A stretch of 64,000 bases of DNA from NCBI GenBank assembly GCA_964482495.1, contig CAYZXS010000002.1:20856-84855 (forward strand). Direction: 5' to 3'. The notes below the pieces were generated by a model, which had not been told where the DNA came from, did not search any database, and saw only the letters and a program-made list of their open reading frames with translations. The translations under genes and the position numbers were made by a program. The DNA is from an uncultured Planctomycetales bacterium (lineage in GTDB: Bacteria > Planctomycetota > UBA1135). This document shows positions 8,958 through 20,019 of this stretch, in pieces (the stretch's first letter is position 1; every line of letters begins with the position of its first letter).

Positions 8958-10336
8958 GTCCTGAGCCGGGCGCCCGGGTGGGCATCCTGCGGCTCTCGGC
9001 GCCGCTGGTGGCCTCCTTCTGGCTCCGCTCTGCCTTCGCCTGGATCGACCCGATCTTCGCCCACCACCTGGAGGACGAGGCCGGGCGCTCGATCGGCGAC
9101 GAGTCGCTGGCGGCGATCGGTCTGACCCTGCCGCTGGAATTCCTGATGATCGCGGTCTGGGTCGGCAGCTCGAACGGCCTGACCTCGCGGCTGGCGGCGG
9201 CGATGGGGGCCGGCGCGCACGGCCAGGTGGAGCAGCTGAAGCGGGCGGCGCGGGGCATCATCGTGGCCCTGTGCGGCGCCTTCCTGCTGCTCGCCGCGGC
9301 CGCCTGGGCCTTCGCCGAGTCCTACATCGACGACCCCGTGGTGGCGCGGCAGTTCCAGGTCTACGCCGCGGTGTTGCTCGGCGGCTCGGCCTTCACCAGC
9401 TTCTGGTCGATCCTGCCGGACTCGGTGATCAAGGCGCACCACGACACCCGCTCGACGATGTGGGCGGGCATCCTGTCGAGCCTGACCAACGTCGGCCTGA
9501 ACACCCTGTTCGTTTTCGGGCTCGGCTGGGGCATCTTCGGCATCGGCCTCTCGACCGTGCTGGGGCGGATCGCCGGGCTGGTCTATGCCCAGAGCCGCGC
9601 CGCTCACCACGAGCGGCGGCGGCGGGCGGCGGCGGCGGGGGTGGAGCCCGGCGACGGCGAGGCGCTGGCCGCCCCGGTGAAGGCGATCCTGGCCATCGCC
9701 GTGCCCAGCGGTCTGGCCTACGTGCTGATGGCGCTCGAGTCCCAGGCGGTCAACCTGCTGCTGAAGCGGCTGCCGGACGCGACCTCGCTGCTGGCGGCCT
9801 GGAGCATCTTCGACCGCTCGGCGCGCTTCCTGGCCATGCCCCTGATCGCGTCGGGGGTGGCGCTGCTGCCGCTGGCGGCGCGCGCCTGGGGTTCGGGGGA
9901 CCGGGCCGGGGTGCGCCGCGAGATCCGCGTCGGCGGCGTCGCCGGCGCCCTCTACGCAGTGATCTTCGTCGCGCCGGCCGCCTTCCTGCTCGGCCCCTGG
10001 GTGGCGGACCAGCTCAGCGAGGCGGCCCGGACCCGCGAGCTGGCTCAGTCGACGATGCCCGTGCTGCCGCTGGCGGTGTTGGCCATGGTCCCGGTGCTCC
10101 AGCTCCGGCCGGTCTTTGACGGCATCGGCCTGCCCAAGACGGGTCTCTTCCTGTCCCTGGTCCGGAGCGCCGTCTTCGTCGTGCCCCTGGTGGCCGCCGG
10201 GGTCTGGTTCGCGCCGTCCCTCGGCCTCTCCGAGGTCGCGGGCGCCAGCTGGGGCTTCACCGCCGGCCTAGCCCTGTCCTCCGCCGCCCTGACCCTCTTG
10301 CTGCAGAAGAAACTGGGGTCAGACATCGATTGTTAA
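8954..10336 (+). CDS. MATE-family efflux transporter
   Basis: The TTG start overlaps the upstream stop. The protein has a 12-TM-like profile, and ILRLSAPLVASFWLRSAFAWID is a MATE-type N-terminus. The last 8 codons and the TAA stop lie inside palindromic element B. Confidence 0.85.
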   Translation: MSPEPGARVGILRLSAPLVASFWLRSAFAWIDPIFAHHLEDEAGRSIGDESLAAIGLTLPLEFLMIAVWVGSSNGLTSRLAAAMGAGAHGQVEQLKRAARGIIVALCGAFLLLAAAAWAFAESYIDDPVVARQFQVYAAVLLGGSAFTSFWSILPDSVIKAHHDTRSTMWAGILSSLTNVGLNTLFVFGLGWGIFGIGLSTVLGRIAGLVYAQSRAAHHERRRRAAAAGVEPGDGEALAAPVKAILAIAVPSGLAYVLMALESQAVNLLLKRLPDATSLLAAWSIFDRSARFLAMPLIASGVALLPLAARAWGSGDRAGVRREIRVGGVAGALYAVIFVAPAAFLLGPWVADQLSEAARTRELAQSTMPVLPLAVLAMVPVLQLRPVFDGIGLPKTGLFLSLVRSAVFVVPLVAAGVWFAPSLGLSEVAGASWGFTAGLALSSAALTLLLQKKLGSDIDC

Positions 10337-10375
10337 TCGAGGTACGACCTCGATTAACAATCGACGTCTGACCCC
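10315..10375. repeat. 61-bp nested palindrome (copy B): 29-bp arms with one mismatch and a 3-nt centre; each arm contains TCGATTnnnAATCGA
   Basis: The sequence is GGGGTCAGACATCGATTGTTAATCGAGGT-acg-ACCTCGATTAACAATCGACGTCTGACCCC. It is an AT-rich island between the convergent MATE and clpC genes. Confidence 0.85.
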
Positions 10376-10380
10376 GAATT

Positions 10381-10404
10381 GGGGCGGCGCTTGCGCACCG
10401 CCCC
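10381..10404. terminator. GC-rich hairpin between convergent genes (possible bidirectional terminator)
   Basis: The sequence is GGGGCGGCGC-ttgc-GCACCGCCCC, giving 9 of 10 stem pairs. There is no clear U-tract on either strand. Confidence 0.35.
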
Positions 10405-10439
10405 GGGGTGAGACTTGGCCGGCGGAACGCCAGCCGAGA

Positions 10440-12983
<2,544 letters not shown>

Positions 12984-13056
12984 CGTCTGAATTCCTACCT
13001 AGCCAAGTCTCCCCAACATCATCGGCCCTCGCGCGCTCGGATCCTTAGCCATTGGC

Positions 13057-13581
13057 TCAGAATTCGAGCTCCTCGGTCTCCTCCACGCGCTGTTCGAGGC
13101 TGCGGATCCGGTCGCGGAGGGCAGCGGCCGTCTCGTAGTCCTCGCAGCGAATGGCGTCCTCCATCTCGGCGCGCATCCGGGTCAGTTCGGCCTCGTCGGC
13201 GTTGACCGGGTGCTCGCTGGTGCCGTGGATCCGCTCCAGGACCTCGTCGACGAATTCGGAGAAGACCTCATAGTCCTTGGCGCAGCCGAAGCGGCTGGTC
13301 TGGCGGAAGTCCCGGAGGGTCCAGCCGCAGTCGGGGCAGCTCTGCTCGGCTTCCGGTGAGCCCTCGGGCTGTTTGGCGGCCTGGGCGCCCAGGAAGGCCT
13401 TGCTCAGCATGCTGACGACGTTGGAGTAGGTCGGGACCTTGCCCGGCAGCGGCAGCCCGCGCTGCTTGGCGCAAGGAGCGCACAGGTTGAGCACCTTGAA
13501 CTGGGAGCCGCCTTGTTCGTCGTAGTGGAGGTCGAACTGGTGGACACTCGCCTGGTGTTTCTGGCAGGACTGGCACAGCAT
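13057..13581 (-). CDS. UvrB/UvrC-motif protein, McsA-like ClpC partner
   Basis: The N-terminus has Cys pairs (CQSCQ and CAPC, then CPDC). The C-terminus has the UVR motif EDYETAAALRDRIRSLE. It lies directly upstream of clpC. Confidence 0.8.
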   Translation of the reverse strand: MLCQSCQKHQASVHQFDLHYDEQGGSQFKVLNLCAPCAKQRGLPLPGKVPTYSNVVSMLSKAFLGAQAAKQPEGSPEAEQSCPDCGWTLRDFRQTSRFGCAKDYEVFSEFVDEVLERIHGTSEHPVNADEAELTRMRAEMEDAIRCEDYETAAALRDRIRSLEQRVEETEELEF

Positions 13582-13615
13582 GGTCGGTCCTTACTAGTAC
13601 GTCAGGGGGGCGGTG

Positions 13616-15028
13616 TCACAGTGGCTTAATCGCCAGGGCCGTGGAATTGGCGCAAAGATCCTGGAACCGGCTCGCCCGGTCGCGGAAGTTGCGGTACTCG
13701 TCGAAGGAGGAGAAGGAGGGGGAATAAAGAAGCGTTCCCGTCTGCTTTTCCACGGTCGCGAGGGCCGCCGCCATGGCGGCCTCGGCCCCGCCGTGGAGCT
13801 GGTGGCGGACGCCGCGGCCGGCCAGCAGCTCCGCCAGGCGAGCCCCGCCCGGTCCAGAGAGGTGGACCACGCGGCAGCTCCGGCAGGCCTCCGCCAGGCC
13901 CTCGAGGGGCAGCCCTTTGTCGTAGCCGCCGGCGCACAGCACCGCGCCCCGCGGCAACTCCCCGAGGGCCGCCGCGGTCGGGTCGGGGTGGGTGGCGACG
14001 CCGTTGTCGATCAGGCGCACCCCGGGCGGGGCCGGCAGCTCCTGCATCCGGTGCGGCAGGCCGGGCCAGCTCCGCAGAGCCGGGCCGACGGCCTCGGCGG
14101 TGAGACCGAGCCGGCGGGCGCCGGCGACGGCTCCCAGCAGCGAGGGCAGGCGGTAGGGCTCGCGGAAGGGGGCGTCGGCCAAGGCGGCGATCGGGCGCTC
14201 CTGGCCGTCGAGCCGCTCGACCAGGTCCTCGCCTCGGGCGAACCAGCCCTCCCGGTCGGGCGGCAGGGGGGTAGCGGCGGTCCAGAGCACCCTGCCGAGG
14301 GCCTGCGTGGCCCAGGTCTCGGCGCCGTCGACCCCGAGCGGGAGGACCGCGGCCTGCTCCCGGTCCTGGAACGCCAGCAGGCGGCGCTTGGCGGCCCAGT
14401 AGCGCTCGCGGTCGCCGTGGCGGTCGAGGTGGTCGTCGCCGAGGGAGGTCAGGACCGCGGTCGCCGGCCAGCCGGCGGGCGCCTCGAGGCGTTCCAGCTG
14501 GAAGGAGGACAGCTCGAGCACGAAGGCGCTGTCCTCCGGGGCGTCCAGGGCCCCTTGCAGCAGGGAGCCGCCGAGGTTGCCGCCGAGCTGGGCCGGGACC
14601 CCGCCTTCCTTCAGCAGGTGGGCGGCCAGGGAGGCGCAGGTGGACTTGCCGTGGGTGCCGGTGATGGCCAGGGCGGGGCGGGGCCCGAGGGCCTCCAGGG
14701 CCAGGTTGACCTGGGTGGTCAGGGTGCAGCCCCGGCGCCGGGCCAGCGCCAGCACCGGCGCCTCGACCGGCACGGCCGGATTCACCACCACGAGCTGGCC
14801 GCGGAACAGCTCCTCCGGGTGGCCGCCGAGGGCGAAGCGGAGCCCGAGGCCGTCGAGGGCGGCCAGGCCCTCCGCGAGCTGTTCGGCCGGGCGCAGGTCG
14901 GTGACCGTGACCTCCGCTCCGAGCCGGGCCAGGGCAGCCGCGCAGCCCGCGCCGCCGCCGAAGGCCCCGAGGCCGAGGACCAGCACCGGCTGGCCGGCGA
15001 GCGGGGAGGGCAGAGGGCCGGGCTTCAT
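13616..15028 (-). CDS. murD: UDP-N-acetylmuramoylalanine--D-glutamate ligase
   Basis: The internal ATG (15026-15028) gives MKPGPLP...VLVLGLGAFGGGAG (Rossmann fold). The Mur ligase P-loop is ITGTHGKST. Confidence 0.9.
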   Translation of the reverse strand: MKPGPLPSPLAGQPVLVLGLGAFGGGAGCAAALARLGAEVTVTDLRPAEQLAEGLAALDGLGLRFALGGHPEELFRGQLVVVNPAVPVEAPVLALARRRGCTLTTQVNLALEALGPRPALAITGTHGKSTCASLAAHLLKEGGVPAQLGGNLGGSLLQGALDAPEDSAFVLELSSFQLERLEAPAGWPATAVLTSLGDDHLDRHGDRERYWAAKRRLLAFQDREQAAVLPLGVDGAETWATQALGRVLWTAATPLPPDREGWFARGEDLVERLDGQERPIAALADAPFREPYRLPSLLGAVAGARRLGLTAEAVGPALRSWPGLPHRMQELPAPPGVRLIDNGVATHPDPTAAALGELPRGAVLCAGGYDKGLPLEGLAEACRSCRVVHLSGPGGARLAELLAGRGVRHQLHGGAEAAMAAALATVEKQTGTLLYSPSFSSFDEYRNFRDRASRFQDLCANSTALAIKPL

Positions 15029-15035
15029 GCGGGGC

Positions 15036-15126
<91 letters not shown>

Positions 15127-15199
15127 GCGCGGGCGGGAGTTTACGGGCGCCCGGCGGTCCCGTCCAGGCGCGCGCGGCCCCGGGGCGGGGGCGAGGCGG

Positions 15200-15288
<89 letters not shown>

Positions 15289-15299
15289 GCAGGGCGGGC

Positions 15300-15719
15300 T
15301 CAGGCGCGCTCGGCGCCCGCCTCGGCCATGACCTTCTCGGACACGAAGACCGGGCTGCCCGCCCGCAGCGACAAGGCGATGGCGTCGCTGGGCCGGCAGT
15401 CTACCTTGACCTCGCCGGCCGGCCCACGGACCGTCATCTCGGCGAAGAAGGTGCCCCCCTGGAGGTCGTGGATGACGGTGCGCTCGATCTTGCCCCCGAG
15501 CTGGGTGGCCAAGCTCAGCGCCAGCTGGTGGGTCAGCGGCCGGGGCGAGTCTGCCGCCTGGATGCAGCGGCTGATCTCGGCCGCCTCGGCGGGGCCGATG
15601 ACCAGGGTGAGCACGCGCCGCGCCTGGCCGTCGCGGGCCTGGCTCTCCTCGAGCCGCACGATCTGGCTGTCGTTGTCCTTGATCACGACCAGCTGGTTCA
15701 GCCGCACTTCGATCATCAT
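15300..15719 (-). CDS. Bifunctional nuclease (BFN/DUF151) family protein
   Basis: [25 protein letters not shown]...[15 protein letters not shown]...RPLTHQL...[12 protein letters not shown] matches the DNase/RNase BFN domain pattern. Confidence 0.8.
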   Translation of the reverse strand: MMIEVRLNQLVVIKDNDSQIVRLEESQARDGQARRVLTLVIGPAEAAEISRCIQAADSPRPLTHQLALSLATQLGGKIERTVIHDLQGGTFFAEMTVRGPAGEVKVDCRPSDAIALSLRAGSPVFVSEKVMAEAGAERA

Positions 15720-15764
15720 CGTTATCCTACTCCGGCGCCTTCACGAGCCGGCGCGGAAAGGCCT

Positions 15765-16262
15765 ATGACCCCCGCTCCCGACGTCGCTTTCGCCGAATTC
15801 CAGGACAGCCCGGTCGGCCGCCTCTGGTTCGCCTACGCCGCCGACGGCGAGCTGCTGGAGCTGCGGCTGCCGGTCCCTGGCCGCCGCTACCGCGCCCGGG
15901 GCGCGCGCCCGCCGGCCGCGCCGTCGTCGTCGGCGGTCCAGGCCTGGGTGGAGGCCTTCTTCGGCGGCGGCCGTGCCGCCTTCCCCGGGCGCTGGCGCAT
16001 GCCCGGCGGCACGCCCTTCTCGCGCCGGGTCTACGAGCGCGTCGCCGCGATCCCGGCCGGCCAGACCCTGACCTACGGCGAGGTCGCGGCCGCCTGCGGC
16101 TCGCCGGGGGCCTCGAGGGCGGTGGGCAACGCCATGGCCCGCAACCCGATGCCGCTGGTCGTTCCCTGCCACCGGGTGCTGTCGGCGGCCGGCATGGGCG
16201 GCTTCGGCGGCGGCCTGGAAATGAAGGCCGAGCTGCTCGCCGGCGAGTGCGCCGCGGTCTGA
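15765..16262 (+). CDS. ogt: Methylated-DNA--protein-cysteine methyltransferase
   Basis: The ATG is at 15765. The C-terminal domain includes IPAGQTLTYGEVA...NPMPLVVPCHRVL, which contains the PCHR active site. Confidence 0.9.
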   Translation: MTPAPDVAFAEFQDSPVGRLWFAYAADGELLELRLPVPGRRYRARGARPPAAPSSSAVQAWVEAFFGGGRAAFPGRWRMPGGTPFSRRVYERVAAIPAGQTLTYGEVAAACGSPGASRAVGNAMARNPMPLVVPCHRVLSAAGMGGFGGGLEMKAELLAGECAAV

Positions 16263-16268
16263 ACCCGC

Positions 16269-17546
16269 CTAGACGCCGGCCAGGGCCCGGCCGGCCCCGT
16301 AGCTCAGGGCCAGCAGCAGGGCCGTGCCGAGCAGCGGCAGCAGCGGGCTGCCGTCGGGCGCCTGGCGGCGGCGCAGGCCCGCGGCGAGCAGCCCCGCCAG
16401 GACCAGCTCGGCTGCGGGGGCGGCCCAGACCGAGGCCGGGTCCAGCCAGCGCTCCGCCACCACCTCGCCGCAGAGCACGAAGCCGAAGGCGCCGAGCAGG
16501 ACGCCGCCGTAGCGGCGGACCGCAGGCAGCAGCTCGGCCCGGAGCAGCGCCAGACCGGAGCCGGCCGCCACCACCGGCAGCACGAAGGCGAGCTGCCCGA
16601 CTTCCACGCCGAGGTTGAAGCCCAGCAGGGCCGGGACCTGGGCGTGGGGCGGCAGGCCGATCTCCCCGAGCACGCCGGCGAAGCCGAAGCCGTGCAACAG
16701 GCCGAAGGCGAAGGCCGGGATCCAGGGCCGGGCGCGGCCGGTGCCCTGCGCCAGGTGCAGCCACAGCACCAGCACGACGCTGAAGGCGATGCCCGGCTCG
16801 ACCACCGCCGGCGGCAGGCGCAGGAGCTGCAGGGCCGACAAGGTCAGGGTCAGGGTGTGGGCGAGGGTGAAGGCGGTCACCGCCGCCAGCAGGCTGCCGA
16901 GGCGCCCGACCCCGAACAGCAGCGCCAGCACGAAGGCCAGGTGGTCGACGCCCTCGAGCACGTGCTGGAAGCCGAAGCGCAGGTAGCCGCCGAAGGCCTC
17001 ACTCTGGAAGTCGCAGGTCCGCGCCGGCGCCGAGATCATGCCGTAGAGCTCCGCGCCGGCCAGGCCACGGACCGCCACGAACATCCGGTGGTCGGGGTTG
17101 CCGTGCTCGAAGAACAGCTCGCTCGCGGCCAGGATCCGCCGCGGCGGCGCCTGCCCCTCCAGGCTCCCGCTCATGGTCATCCACTTGAAGGAGTCCGAGG
17201 CCTCGCCCACCAGCTCGCTGCCGCCGCCGCCGAAGCGCCAGTCCTGGAACAGCAGCGGCGTCCCCTCGCCGTCGAGCTCGAGCTGCAGGCCGTCCGCCAG
17301 GTAGCCGGTGAGGGCCTGCCAGCCGGCCGCGACCTCGCCCTCGGAGAGCTCCTCGTCGCCGTCGAGGTCGAGGCCCAGCGCCGTCACCTCGACCAGGGTC
17401 AGGGTCTGCAGGGTCAGCTCGAAGTCGATCCGGTCGCCGCCCACCTCCACCTGGAGGTGCGAGACCGACATCGGGTGGGGGACCGGCGCGCCGGCCGTCG
17501 CCGGGAGCAGGCCGGCCAGGAGCAGGACCGCGGCCGCCCGGAGCAC
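16269..17546 (-). CDS. Long-form HupE/UreJ-family membrane protein with an extra N-terminal periplasmic domain
   Basis: The C-terminal half has HupE-type TM helices (FQHVLEGVDHLAFVLALLF...GLLHGFGFAGVL). The proposed GTG start at 17544-17546 gives the signal peptide LRAAAVLLLAGLLPATAG and overlaps the upstream stop by 1 nt. The N-terminal domain has an EF-hand-like loop, DLDGDEELSEGE. The start position is uncertain. Confidence 0.75.
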   Translation of the reverse strand: MLRAAAVLLLAGLLPATAGAPVPHPMSVSHLQVEVGGDRIDFELTLQTLTLVEVTALGLDLDGDEELSEGEVAAGWQALTGYLADGLQLELDGEGTPLLFQDWRFGGGGSELVGEASDSFKWMTMSGSLEGQAPPRRILAASELFFEHGNPDHRMFVAVRGLAGAELYGMISAPARTCDFQSEAFGGYLRFGFQHVLEGVDHLAFVLALLFGVGRLGSLLAAVTAFTLAHTLTLTLSALQLLRLPPAVVEPGIAFSVVLVLWLHLAQGTGRARPWIPAFAFGLLHGFGFAGVLGEIGLPPHAQVPALLGFNLGVEVGQLAFVLPVVAAGSGLALLRAELLPAVRRYGGVLLGAFGFVLCGEVVAERWLDPASVWAAPAAELVLAGLLAAGLRRRQAPDGSPLLPLLGTALLLALSYGAGRALAGV

Positions 17547-18559
17547 TAGACCTCGCGCGGCTCGGGCAGCTCGGGCAGGACTTGCTCGAAGACAGGCACC
17601 AGCTGCGGGTCGAATTGGCTGCCGGCGCCGGAGCGCATGACCTCGAGGGCGTCGGCCTTCGACAGCGCCTTGCGGTAGGGCCGGGTCGAGCAGACGGCGT
17701 CGTAGGTGTCGGCGACCATCACCAGCCTGGCGCCGAGGGGGATCTCCTCGCCCTTGATCTGGTCGGGGTAGCCGCGGCCGTCCCAGCGCTCGTGCTCGTG
17801 GCGGACGATGCGCTGCACCTCGGGGTAGGAGCGGGACAGCGGCTCGAGGATCCGGTGGCCGTCCTCGGGGTGCTGCTTCACCACCTCCCACTCGTCGTCG
17901 GTGAGCGGCCCCTGCTTGTGCAGGATCGACAGCGGGATGCCGATCTTGCCGATGTCGTGGAGCAGCGCGCCGACCCGGATCTCGCGCAGGCTGCGCCGGG
18001 ACAGGTCCATCGCCCGGCCCATCAGGACCGAGATCTCGGCCACCTTCTTGGAGTGGCCGTGGGTGTAGGGGTCCTTGGTCTCGAGCGAGTTGACCAGGGC
18101 CTGGACGCCGCGCAGGTAGCCGACGAAGGGCGCCAGGTCGGCCTGCTTGGCCCGCTTGACGCTGCTCTCGATCTGCCGCCGGCGCTCGATCGAGCTCAGC
18201 AGGCTCTCGGCCAGCTTGCGCGGCAGCACCGGCTTGACCAGGTACTCGTCGGCGCCGTCGCGCATGCTCTGGACGGCCGTCGAGACGTCGTCGTGGCCGG
18301 TGAGCATGACGAAGGACACGGCGTCGCTGGAGAGGCGGACGTAGCGCAGCAGCTCCTGGCCCGACATGTCGGGCAGGCCGAAGTCGCACAGCACGGCGTC
18401 GTAGTCGTCGCCGTTGAAGTGGCGCACCGCGGCGCGGGCGTCGTCACAGGCGGTGACCTGGAAGCCCTGGTCGAGCAGGGCGTAGCGGGCGACCTCCTGC
18501 TGTTCGAGGTCGTCCTCGACCAGGAGGATGGAGAAGCCAGAACCGGGGCCGGCGTTCAC
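17546..18559 (-). CDS. Response regulator with an HD-GYP phosphohydrolase domain (RpfG-like)
   Basis: The GTG start has a GTGA overlap with the cysE stop. The receiver domain is ILLVEDD...LCDFGLPDMSG...YLVKP. The HD-GYP domain is HGHSKKVAE...LLHDIGKIGIP...HHERWDGRGYP. Confidence 0.9.
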   Translation of the reverse strand: MNAGPGSGFSILLVEDDLEQQEVARYALLDQGFQVTACDDARAAVRHFNGDDYDAVLCDFGLPDMSGQELLRYVRLSSDAVSFVMLTGHDDVSTAVQSMRDGADEYLVKPVLPRKLAESLLSSIERRRQIESSVKRAKQADLAPFVGYLRGVQALVNSLETKDPYTHGHSKKVAEISVLMGRAMDLSRRSLREIRVGALLHDIGKIGIPLSILHKQGPLTDDEWEVVKQHPEDGHRILEPLSRSYPEVQRIVRHEHERWDGRGYPDQIKGEEIPLGARLVMVADTYDAVCSTRPYRKALSKADALEVMRSGAGSQFDPQLVPVFEQVLPELPEPREV

Positions 18560-19374
18560 TGTTCGGATTCGGGGGGGGATTCGAAGGAACCATCGCCCTG
18601 GCGGTCGCGCCGCAGGAGCGTGGGCGTCTTCTGCACCACGAGTGTTCCGGCGGGAACGCTCTCCGTCAACCAAACGTTGGCGCCGATGATGCTGCCGCGG
18701 CCAATGATGGTGTCGCCGCCAAGGATGGTGCTGTTGGAATAGACCACCACCTCGTCCTCCAGGGTGGGGTGCCGCCGCTCGACCCGGAGCACCTTCCCGG
18801 AGCCGTCTCGGGGGAAATTGAGGGCCCCCAAGGTGACCCCCTGGTAGAGGGTCACGCCGGCCCCGATCCGGGTGGTCTCGCCGATCACCACGCCGCCGCC
18901 GTGGTCGATGAAGAAGCGCGGGCCGACCGCGGCGCCGGGGTGGATGTCGATGCCGGTGGCGGTGTGGGCGTACTCGCTGAGCATGCGCGGCAGCATCGGC
19001 ACCCCGCGCCGGAGCACCTCGTGGGCCAGCCGGTGGGCGGCGACGGCGCGGAAGCCGGGGTAGCAGGCCTCGACCTCCTCCCGGGAGGCGGCGGCGGGGT
19101 CGTGGTGCAGGGCGGCGTCGACGTCCTCGCCCAGCAGCCGCCGCAGCCGGGGCAGCTCCTCGAGCACCTCGGCCGCCACCCGGTCGGCCTGCGGCTCCTC
19201 CAGGCCGGCGCGCTGGCAGGCCTCGGCGAGCTCGAGGCCGAGCAGCTGCCTCCGCCGCGCCGGCGAGGCCGGCAGGTGCAGCCCGGAGGGGGCGGTGAAG
19301 CCGTCGGCGACCAGCGACTGGAACTGGTCGAGGATGCGGCCGACTTCCCGGAAGCTCGGGTGCATGGGGCCCAT
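18556..19374 (-). CDS. cysE: Serine O-acetyltransferase (long form)
   Basis: The left-handed beta-helix hexapeptide repeats are GIDIHPGAAVGPRFFIDHGGGVVIGETTRIGAGVTLYQGVTLG...HPTLEDEVVVYSNSTILGG. Confidence 0.9.
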   Translation of the reverse strand: MGPMHPSFREVGRILDQFQSLVADGFTAPSGLHLPASPARRRQLLGLELAEACQRAGLEEPQADRVAAEVLEELPRLRRLLGEDVDAALHHDPAAASREEVEACYPGFRAVAAHRLAHEVLRRGVPMLPRMLSEYAHTATGIDIHPGAAVGPRFFIDHGGGVVIGETTRIGAGVTLYQGVTLGALNFPRDGSGKVLRVERRHPTLEDEVVVYSNSTILGGDTIIGRGSIIGANVWLTESVPAGTLVVQKTPTLLRRDRQGDGSFESPPESEQ

Positions 19375-19419
19375 TCTGTCCTCCTGCGGGGGGCGACCTC
19401 AAGCGGATAGAATGGGCGG

Positions 19420-20019
19420 ATGGAGCGCTACCGCCGCACCACCTTGCTCGACCGCGACGGCCTCTCGCGCGGGCTCGACGCCCTCGCCGACCGGCTGCGG
19501 CCGCGCCTGGAGGGCCGCGAGGTCACCGTCATCCCGATCCTCGGCGGCGCCCTGATCTTCGCCGCCGACCTGATGCGGCGGCTGCCGCCTGGGCTGGTGC
19601 TCGACTTCCTGCGCATCCAGACCTACGGCGACGCTCAGTCGCCGCAGCGCCGGCCCAAGGCCGACTGGAAGCCGCACCCGGAGAACGTGCGCGGCAAGAC
19701 CGTGCTGCTGCTGGACGACATCCTCGACACCGGCCGGACCATGGAGGAGGCCCGCCGGCTGCTGCTCGAGGACTTCGGCGCCGCCGAGGTGATCGTCGTG
19801 GTGCTGATCGACAAGCCGGTCCGGCGCGCCAACGGCGTCCAGGCCGACGACCGGGTCCTGCTGCTCGAGGAGGACCTGTTCCTGGTCGGCTACGGCCTCG
19901 ACCTGGCGGGCCGGTACCGCAACCTCCCGGAGCTGCTGGCCCTGTCGCCCCGCGAGCCGGAGGCGCCGGCGGTCCAGGCCGAGGCGGAGCCGCTGCGCGA
20001 GCACGGCGCCGAGCAGTGA
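19420..20019 (+). CDS. hpt: Hypoxanthine phosphoribosyltransferase
   Basis: The PRPP-binding motif is VLLLDDILDTGRT, and the C-terminus has VGYGLDLAGRYRNLP. Confidence 0.9.
   Translation: MERYRRTTLLDRDGLSRGLDALADRLRPRLEGREVTVIPILGGALIFAADLMRRLPPGLVLDFLRIQTYGDAQSPQRRPKADWKPHPENVRGKTVLLLDDILDTGRTMEEARRLLLEDFGAAEVIVVVLIDKPVRRANGVQADDRVLLLEEDLFLVGYGLDLAGRYRNLPELLALSPREPEAPAVQAEAEPLREHGAEQ

Noticed and set aside
13582-13615. The ACTAGTACGTCAGGGG segment between murD and the McsA-like gene loosely resembles the ends of the palindromic element family.
   Set aside because: It lacks the TCGATT..AATCGA core and an inverted partner. The 34-nt spacer is adequately explained as a ribosome-binding region (AAGGA upstream of the ATG).
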